Part shown: one piece after another, positions 54,536 to 64,000 of the stretch
Numbering within the stretch: position 1 is the stretch's first letter
Layout of the letters: each line of letters opens with the position of its first letter
Made by a program: the position numbers and the translations under genes
Assembly (NCBI RefSeq): GCF_006345805.1
Contig: NC_042998.1
Location: 162,130,001-162,194,000, forward strand
DNA length: 64,000 nucleotides
From: Octopus sinensis
Taxonomy: Eukaryota
Reading direction: 5' to 3'
The notes under the pieces: model-generated
What the model was told of the DNA's origin: nothing
The model's input: the letters and a program-made list of their open reading frames with translations, nothing else
Databases searched by the model: none

Positions 54536-55020
54536 TTATCTATATATTATGGCTATGTCATCCACATATGCAGCAATGGTGTTGGCAGCAGTGGGGGTTC
54601 TCCTTCCCTCTTTCCTATTTTGGTTGTGCGAGTAGGAACCTCTAAGATAGTCGATATTTCTATAGACGTGGCATCTTGTTTGTCTGACCATTACAATCAT
54701 TCTTAGTTACAGCCCATGCAGCAGCAAGATGAAGTCTACAATTCTTTCCATACGTTCAAGCTTTACACTGAGAAGGACCTCCAGTGTTACTAAGTCAGTT
54801 TTTGTACTTTATTCTCTTTATATGCAGTAGTGTTTCACTCTCCTCCAAGACTATGCAATTTAATTCTAGGAGAGATCTAGCTCTAGTGGGATTCCTGGTA
54901 TTGTTACCTTTACTGTTATTATTTCCCAGTTTGCCAGTTTTATTGCTTTGGTCACTGATCATTATTGCTGCTATTGTTATTGTTGTTGCTGTTGCTGTCA
55001 CTGCTACTGCTGTCTCTGTC

Positions 55021-55396
55021 TCGCACTGGCCCAGTGGTTAGGGCAGCGGACTCGCGGTCGTAGGATCGCGGTTTCAATTCCCAGACCGGGCGTTGTGAGT
55101 GTTTATTGAGCGAAAGCACCTAGAGCTCCACGAGGCTCCGGCAGGGATGGTGGTGGTCCCTGCTGTACTCTTTCACCACAACTTTCTCTCACTCTCACTT
55201 CCTGTTTCTGTTGTACCTGTATTTCAAAGGGCTGGCCTTGTCACTCTCTGTGTCACGCTGAATATCCCTGAGAACTACGTTAAGGGTACACGTGTCTGTG
55301 GAGTGCTCAGCCACTTACACGTTAATTTCACGAGCAAGCTGTTCCATTGATCGGATCAACCGGAACCCTCGTCGTCGTAACCGACGGAGTGCTTCC
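55021..55396 (+). mobile_element. tRNA-derived SINE family D, full length
   Basis: tggcccagtggttagggcagcggactcgcggtcgtaggatcgcggtttcaattccc tRNA-like head; GC-rich, apparently young body. Confidence 0.88.
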
Positions 55397-55797
55397 CATC
55401 CACTGCTGTCTCTGTTATTCTTCCTGTTATTACCATTGCTGCTGTTACCATTTTTGCTTATACTATCATTGCTGTTGTTAATTTTGTTAAAGTTTTTTTT
55501 TATAATTCCTAAAGCTCCTGTAGTGCAAGTTTTTGACCTTAACAATTTCAATGATGAAAACCCCTTCTCCCCTTCCAGAGCAGAATACCATATTCCTTAC
55601 CATTGGTGTAGCTTTTGTTAACATTGCAGTTTCTGCAACTGACATCACAGTGATGCAATTATTTGGACTTCAAACTTTCAAAGCTTGTAGAGCATTTTCC
55701 TTCCCATCCATGTGCAGAGTGAAGGTGAGGGATTTTGATACATGCTGTACATGCCTTTGCAAGTCACCATCTATCTCTCCTTTCAATTTGCTGATTC

Positions 55798-56208
55798 TTT
55801 TACTCTTTTACTCTTTTACTCGTTTCAGTCATTTGATTGCGGCCATGCTGGAGCACTGTCTTTAGTTGAGCAAATCGACCCTAGGACTAATTCTTTGTAA
55901 GCCTAGTACTTATTCTATCTGCTTCTTTTGCCAAACTGCTAAGTTATGGGGACGTAAACACACCAGCATCGGTTGTCAAGCGATGTTGGGGGTATAACCA
56001 CAGACACACAAACACACACACACACATATATATACATATACATATATACAATGGGTTTCTTTCAGTTTCCGTCAACCAAATCCACTCACATGGCTTTGGT
56101 TGGCCCGAGGCCATATTAGAAGACACTTGCCCAAGGTGCCACACAGTGGGACTGAACCCAGAACCATGTGCTTGGTAAGCAAGCTAATTACCACACAGCC
56201 ACTCCTGC
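55798..56208 (-). mobile_element. Family A SINE, full length
   Basis: Reverse complement of 62449-62860, including the (ctcttta)n tail. Confidence 0.92.
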
Positions 56209-56489
56209 ACATGTGGAAACTGATACCATGTTTGTAAAGAATATATTTTTTGAAACAAAATTTGTAAATTTTCCTGACAATTTGAGCCCAAAAGGGAATT
56301 GGTAAAAATAACAAAAACTTTATCAGTTCTGGTTGGTTTAACAATTATTATAGAACAAAATTACGATTATTAAAAGCTTCTAAAACAAACTTAGAAGTGA
56401 AGGATTGTCATTCTATTGCATATTTGCACAGAGCAATTTCTTATAATGGTTGTGTTCTAGTAGATTAGAAAATATACAAATGGAAGACC

Positions 56490-56883
56490 CATCAAGCCAT
56501 GTGAAATCGTTGTTGTGGCTGATGCCAGTGTTGCAGAAATGGCACCCATGTTAATGGCACGTAAAAAGTACCCTTCAAACTTGGGCATCATGGAGGCAGT
56601 GGCAAGTGACTGAGACCTTTGTCAAAACACTGTACTTGAGAAGACCTGTCAAACAAAGATCGTAGTTGTGGCCAGTGCCAATGCTACCTAACCAGCATTT
56701 GTGCCAATGGCACATAAAAAGTACCTACTACATTCTTGCAGTGCTTGGCGTTAGGATGAGCATCCAGCTGTAGAAATCATGTCAAATCAGATCAAAATCT
56801 GGTGCAGCTCCCCAGCTACCAGTTTTCAGTGAAACTGTCCAACCCAAACAAGCATTGAAAATGAACATTAGATAATGATGATG
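56490..56883 (+). mobile_element. RTE-tailed SINE 3' portion, diverged
   Basis: tggcacgtaaaaagtacc units, then ggcgttaggatgagcatccagctgtagaaa...gtccaaccc...gataatgatgatga. Confidence 0.7.
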
Positions 56884-58956
56884 ACTCTACACAGTTACTC
56901 AACCTGCTAGAAATAGCAGACTAATATCTGCTATCTTTGTAAGTGACATTAGTTGATATAGTCTTTGAGGCACTATATATGAAGTGAAAATTGGATGTCT
57001 GAGAATTTCAATCAGGATTCTGCTCACACAGGACTGACTTGGGGCCAAACAACAACAATTCTTGGTTTGGTTTTCTCTGTATCTATTGGTCTACTTGAAT
57101 TGATATAATCAGGGTTAAAATGAACACATGTAAAGGTCTAAATTTGAAAATGCATCACAACTATCATCACCACCACCACCACTAGCACCGCCACCACCAC
57201 CATCATCATTTAACGACTGTTTTTCTATGCTGGCATAGGCTAGATGATTTGACTGGAGCTGGTAAGGCCAGGGACCACACCAGACTCCATTGTCTCTTCT
57301 GACATGGTTTATTTTATGGCTTGATGCTCTTCCAAATGCCAACCTCTTTACAGAGTGTACTAGATGCTTTTTATGTGGTACCAGCACCAGTGCTTTTAAT
57401 GTAGCACCAATATTTTAATGGAAAAGTAAATTAGAATTTTCTGCTATACAAGTAAATTTTTGTGTAAAAAATTTTCTGTAAAATTTTGCCTATTGTTAGT
57501 TTAAGCATTTTCACAGCTAAGTACTTTACCCACATTCAGTTATATTGAAATAAACAGAATAACATGTGTTTCAAGGGTACACAACATTAGTTGCAATAAA
57601 TTTCAATTGATGTTCATGTTGACTAGAACTTTTAATTTAAATGCCAGAATTTTGATACAGAAAACATCTCTGACTCTATGGGACGTCATATTTATTTCAC
57701 TCTAAATAATGATGAGAGCAATGATAATAATTCTTGTTCTATAAAAATCTCAAGTAGAGACATTTATTAATTACTACTGGATGTCATATTTCTAGACAAA
57801 ACACCATAAAAAGGTTGATGTAAAAAATATCAACTTGAACGAGGCAAATTTTTCTACATTTTTCCGTCAAAATTTTATGTATGACTATGTAATTTAATTT
57901 GTGACGTTTCCAATATACTTGGAGCTTGGTTTTGCATCATTCAGTATTTTAGCCCTAGCCTATTTAGATATGGCAATACACATTTTTTCTGACATATCCT
58001 CATATAGCAGTACTTTGAAGTAATCATAGTTTAATTGTGGATTAACCTTTAAAATTGATAAAACAATTAGTTTTTGCTATATCTTGGCAATATTAGCATA
58101 GAAACACAGATTTTAAATGATGGCATCAAATCAAACAATTCTGATCTGACAGATGCTTTTAATAAAGTGTTTATTGATAATGCATTTAAACATAAACAAA
58201 GCTATTACGTATATCTCAATGAATATCTAAGTAGTCTCCTAATGCCATTAGCAAACAGAAAGGGATTTCTGTAAAGATACACTTCCAAGTGTTTCTGTTG
58301 GTGTAAAATTGTTAATTGATTCTATATATTATAATTGTAAATAGTGGTATAGTGCGAGACTGGACATATTATAATAACTGATTCATTGTCATAGAGTTTT
58401 GAGGTTCAAATCCAGCTACAGTCTTTCTCTAATTGCATAATCATTCTAGTTACTTTTCATCCTTCATCAATTCTAAGATATTATGTATGAATAATTTTAT
58501 GCATGTTTTTCATATTTATTATTTTTTTTACAAGAAAAAGGTTCACAGTGACTTCAAGGTCTCAGTATATTTGCCTGCATCAGGCTGTGATTCATTTTGG
58601 TTCTTTCTGGCTTTATATAGCTTTTGGTAAGTTTGATTCAAAATGAAACAAATTAAATCACACTCATCATGAAAATGAAAATGCTGAAACTTAAGAGACA
58701 CCGTAAAACCTTGTAAAATTTAATTGATACTGATGTGTGTGTGGGATTAAAAGTTTTGCAAAATATACTTGATACAGAAACAATATTAGAAGCATTGTTT
58801 TCTTATAAGTTATTAATTGTTCATAAAATGTTAGTAAAACAGAATGATACAAACGCTTTTGAAGAAAGCTTTCATATTGAGTGTGTAAGCACTTTCGGTG
58901 TTAGATTTTTAAAATAGAAGTGTCATGGGGTAAACCATACAGAATTAATATGGGGT

Positions 58957-59229
58957 CATATGTGTGTGTGTGTGTGTATGTATATATACAGATATGTATA
59001 TATGCATGTGTGTATGTATATATATGTGTGTATGTATATATACATGTGTGTATGTATATATACATATATGTATATATATGTGTGTATGTATATATACATG
59101 TGTGTATGTATATACAAATGTGTATATATATATATGTATATATATCTATACATGTATGTATATATATACATGTATGTATGTATATATAAATGTATGTATA
59201 TGTAGATACATGTATGTATGTATATATAC

Positions 59230-59280
<51 letters not shown>

Positions 59281-59295
59281 TATATATATGTATGT
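58957..59295. repeat. Compound (TA)/(TG)/(TATG) microsatellite; a second one at 59630-59865
   Basis: Directly visible; source of the long YIYI/CVCV ORFs. Confidence 0.95.
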
Positions 59296-59632
59296 AACAT
59301 ATGGTATAATTATAAGCACGGCAAATTTTAGCCATTTCCTGCAGACTGAAAAAATGGTCTGATTTTCAGACCATAGTGGATTCTCATTGGCAGCGTCCAC
59401 ATCATTTTGATAGTCTCCAGAGAAGTAAGCAGTTAAACTATTTATATACTCAACAAATGCAGCAATTACTCTGTGAAGGAGTCCCAAATTTGCATACTGA
59501 AAGTTTTTAACACATTATAAATACCAGGAGCCTGTCAACAGGGATCTTAGTCCACACAGTATCAAGGTCTGAAATAATATATATGTAACATTTTCGAACC
59601 TTATTGGGTTCTTATCAGAGGCATCTACATCA

Positions 59633-59706
<74 letters not shown>

Positions 59707-59865
59707 TGTATGTATGTATGTATGTATGTATGTATGTATGTATGTATGTATGTATATATGTATATATGCATGTAAGTATATGTATGTATGTATGTATGTA
59801 TATATATATGTATGTATGTATATATGTATGTATGTATGTATATATATATATATGTATGTATGTTT

Positions 59866-60225
59866 CATCATCATCATCATCATCATCTTCTAATGTTTTA
59901 AATCCGGGTTATGTCCCTGTTAATATGGGGCCGGATCTACCTAAATACCCAAAGTCACCAACCATCTCACACCATCTCGCCAGCTTGCCTGGTTTTGAGC
60001 ATCTTCCCTTTTCAAACCAAACTTCCCAATCTGCTCCTTCACCTGTCCCCTCCACCTTTTCGCCAATCTACCTGGCTTTAATGGTCTATTTACCTCAAAC
60101 ACAATCACTCTCCTCAGAACATGGTCTTCATCCATCCTCAATACATGCCCATACCACCTCACTCTATTCGCCCTTACCAACCATTCCATCAATTCTTCCA
60201 ACCCCAGCATTCCCATCAAATACAT
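59866..60225 (-). pseudogene. RTE LINE 3' end fragment
   Basis: ORF 59941-60225: LVRANRVRWYGHVLRMDEDHVLRR...GRLAKRWRGQVKEQ (WxGHxxR motif of RTE C-termini); (GAT)n tail. Confidence 0.85.
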
Positions 60226-60373
60226 ATATATGTATGTATCATCATCATCATCATCATCGTTTAATGTCCGTTTTCCACGCTAGCACGGGTTGGACGGTAT
60301 GCATATATATATATGTACATATATCTGTATGGATATAAATGCCTGTGTGTATATATATGTATGTGTATTTATG

Positions 60374-60537
60374 TGTGGCTATGTGGTAAGTAGCTTGCTT
60401 ACGAACCACATGGCTCCAGGTTCAGTCTCACTGCGTGATACCTTGGGCAAGTGTCTTCTATTATAGCTTCGGGCCGACCAAAGCCTTGTGAGTGGATTTG
60501 GTAGGCAGAAACTGAAAGAAGCCCGTCGTATATATGC

Positions 60538-60581
<44 letters not shown>

Positions 60582-60796
60582 TGTATGTTTGTGTGTCTGT
60601 GTTTGTCTCCCCAACATCGCTTGACAACCAATGCTGATGTGTTTACATCCCTGTAACTTAGCGGTTCATCAAAAGAAGCTGATAGAATAAGTACTAGGCT
60701 TACAAAGAATAAGTTCTATGATCGATTTGCTCAACTAAAGGTGGTGCTCCAGCATGGCCACAGTCAAATGACTGAAACAAGTAAAGAGTAAAAGAG
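60374..60796 (+). mobile_element. Family A SINE, near full length
   Basis: Collinear with 7471-7885. Confidence 0.92.
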
Positions 60797-61065
60797 ATAT
60801 ATGTATAACCGGACAAGTTATTCAACTAGCGAAAAAAATTTGGTTGAATAAGCTGTCAAATGAAATTTAAAATCCCATCAGAAATAAATTTTACAATAAA
60901 TTTGAGTCTGTACTCAGTATTGAGTTCTCCAACAGTAAATATTCTTTTGTTAGTTTCTAAGTTGCTTTAGTATAGTAACTTCAGTTTAACATTTATATGT
61001 GCATTTGCAGAAGTACATATATATATATATGTACTTATATATATACACACACACATACATACATG

Positions 61066-61115
<50 letters not shown>

Positions 61116-62448
61116 CATGCACACACAGATACAATGCCATGAGCCAGTGTTGGATATAGCACATTATAAACAGCATTTGGTTACTTTTATTCTCGCAGAT
61201 GAAGAGATTATTTCTCTTCCAAGCAGTCAACCATAATTGTCCTATATCCTTTGCACATATTACCTAAGAAGCAATTGAAAATAAAGAAGATTGTAGATGA
61301 GTAGACAAGGAGTCAATGAACAATGTCTTCACAGCTTTCTTGGCATCCAAGTAGTGAAAAGCATGTGGCTAGTTGTGACATTTTTTTTTCTCTAAATGAC
61401 CAAATATTCTCAGTACTCAATAACTTTGTGTATGTGTATGAATGTATGTATGTGCTTGTGTTTGTGTGTGTGTGTGTGTTTGTTTTCTCTCAACACCTAC
61501 ATCTCTTGCACTATCACAGCCATACTATATTCTCATTTCTTGCTCACAAAACTGGCTTCTGTGCAATAACAATTACAGGCATGGCAAAGTGTCAGTAGAA
61601 CCTCAAGGGAGATGTGAGCAAGAATGAATCTCATTGAAATTTTGGCAAAATAAATTGTCAAGAACTTTTACCTGCTCACATATCTGATCAGTTAAGTTTC
61701 CAGTGAAAGATTAAGATATCAGAAATAATGTAGGTGTAGAATAAGGTGAGGAAATTTGTTGGCAAACCTTGTCGATGTGAAGTACTATATAAGATCATGA
61801 TAGATGCTTGGTAGCAGCATTATTGATATAATATGGAAGCTTTATTATAAGTGGGTAGAGAGCTGATTGATTATATGGGAGAAAAAAAATTGACATCATT
61901 TTCATGAGTTCAACAACAGTAATAATATTATTTTTAGAGAGATTACCACCAGCAGTTTTTGTTGTTTCTGTTGTTGATTAGTAATCCCACCTCCAGCTAA
62001 CTGTAGTCAATGAGCCAAGATGGAAGTCTCTAAACATTCCTTTGGTCTGCTAGAAATACCAGTCAAAACTCCTTCAAATCACACTCTACCATATTAAATA
62101 AAAAACAAATATGCATTGATTTTTCAGTCATGGTGATAATAAAACTTCAGTATGTCTTGCTGATGAGCATTCAGTCAACAGAATGCAGGACTCATTTTGA
62201 ATTAATATACAAATTGCTAGTGTTTTACTGACATATGTACTCTTAATACTTGGGTTATTCTGTCAAGTGTAATACTTGTTTAATCACATTGGTTTGAATT
62301 AATCACAGCTTCAAGATGTTGATAACATTTTAGAATGACATTGTAGAGTAGGTGTTATAGGCTAGATCTGGCCAGTTTGAACCTAAAACATGTAGGATCC
62401 TTTCAATCTCAGTCATAGATTTTTTAATTATTTTTTTTTAACAAAACA

Positions 62449-62860
62449 GCAGGAGTGGCTGTGTGGTAAGTAGCTTGCTTACCAACCACATGGTTCCGGG
62501 TTCAGTCCCACTGCATGGCATCTTGGGCAAGTGTCTTCTACTATAGCCACGGGCCGACCAAAGCCTTGTGAGTGGATTTGGTAGACGGAAACTGAAAGAA
62601 GCCCGTCGTATATATGTATATATATATATGTGTGTGTGTATGTTTGTGTGTCTGTTTGTTCCCCCAACATCGCTTGTCAACAGATGGTGGTGTGTTTACG
62701 TCGTCATCACTTAGCAGTTCAGCAAAAGAGACTGATAGAATAAGTACTAGGCTTACAAAGAATAAATCCCGGGGTCGATTTGCTCGACTAAAGGCGGTGC
62801 TCCAGCATGGCCGCAGTTAAATGACTGAAACAAGTAAAAGAGTAAAAGAGTGAAAGAGTA
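62449..62860 (+). mobile_element. Family A SINE, full length, young
   Basis: Intact head, B-box-like ggttcagtccc and (taaaagag)n tail. Confidence 0.93.
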
Positions 62861-62893
62861 AACAGTTTGAAACTTTGGATACTGGTTGAATGT

Positions 62894-64000
62894 GTCATAT
62901 TAATATTTTTGACAAAATTTTGTATTTTAGAAGTTATTTCGTGTTGAAGTTGTTACTGCTGTTTGCGAAAGTAATGGAAAAGCAACAACTTCCGGGTCAT
63001 TGGGTCATGAAAAAGAGAGAGAGAGAGAGGTGGGAGAAAAGTATAAAAGATAAGAAAGGTGGGTGAGAAAAATAGAAAGTTTTTTTATAGGGAATGGGTG
63101 AGAAAAGCAGAAAGTTCTTTTATAGGGAATACATAATGTGTGTGTGTGCGTGTGTATTTTTCTCCATCTTATCCAATGTGTCCTCTCATTTATATAATGT
63201 TAGCGTGTGACATCGAGAGAGATTTGGCTATTATTTCCAGCAGGTCAAGCAACTATACAGATTCTCACATTTTCTCACACACATACATACATACATGCAT
63301 ACATACATTCATACATACATACATACATGCATGTACATACACACAAATATGTTATAATCATTTTCAGTTAACTCCTTTAGTGATTGCGCCTGATTTTTAT
63401 ATGTGGCAAATCGTAGAGAGAGAGAGAGTGAGAGAGAGGGTGAGAGAGAGAGCGAGGGAGAGAGAGAGTGAGAGAGAGAGGTAGAGAGAGCAGAGGAGAG
63501 AATGGAGAGAGTGGTGGTGTGTTGATGATCTGAACAACTTATGTAAACTTGCCAATCCCCTACCACTGCATATTCATTTATTAAACCCTCTCCTTTTCCT
63601 TGCTCCCATTCGGGGTCTTATAAGCTTTATATATAAATGTGTGTGTGTGTGTGTGTGTGATGGACAGCAGAAACGCTGCATGAACAACTGTCATCAACTT
63701 CACAATCCCCTTCCTCCTTAAAGCTACGTATTCCTCACACCACCTCCCTTTCCTTTCCTCAGCATTCTAAAAGTTGCATGTATATGTATTGGTGTGTGTG
63801 TGTGTGTGTGTGTGTACATATACAAGTGTCTGTATATTTATGCACATATATGTATGCAGCGTCCAAAACAGATGACCCAATGACCCAGATGTTGTTGCTC
63901 TTCCATTATTTTCACAAACAGCAGTAACTTTAATACGAAATAACTTCTAAAATACAAAATTGTGTCAAAAACGTTAAGAGTAAACCGTGTTCTATGTGAC
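62894..64000. mobile_element. Inverted-repeat-bounded element (MITE-like) running off the window end
   Basis: 62894-63008 is the reverse complement of 63872-64000 (ttttgtattttagaagttatttcgt ... gggtcattgggtcat). Confidence 0.7.

Noticed and set aside
55021-55095. tRNA-like sequence (also 29680-29750, 46180-46250 and the family A/B heads)
   Set aside because: These are heads of multi-copy SINEs continuous with SINE bodies, with no complete cloverleaf; they are not functional tRNA genes.
62160-62200. CTGATGA followed by a perfect 6-bp stem (gcattc/gaatgc), possible hammerhead; similar partial hits near 8725 and 15325
   Set aside because: There is no GAAA after stem II, or no viable stems I/III.

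Overview
AT-rich, repeat-saturated eukaryotic DNA. The SINE repertoire and the density of (TA)n/(TG)n/(AAT)n/(CAT)n microsatellites point to an octopus (cephalopod) genome; this is inference from recalled repeat families, not a database result. No host protein-coding gene, rRNA, true tRNA or CRISPR array can be supported, and almost all listed ORFs are microsatellite translations. The window holds dozens of tRNA-derived SINE copies from at least four families. It also holds decayed RTE and R4/Dong-like LINE fragments, a mariner transposase relic, a Helitron, a Helentron-like element, a hAT-like MITE and several fold-back elements. The most striking feature is at 26366-27038: a 365-bp partial-tandem unit plus an inverted copy, carrying two minimal type I hammerhead ribozyme motifs of the Penelope/retrozyme type. 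Other notable structures are a 1.64-kb element with about 420-bp terminal inverted repeats (5474-7109) and an (AAT)n-anchored nest of retroelements (17.8-20.9 kb). All coordinates were read by eye and may be off by a few bases.
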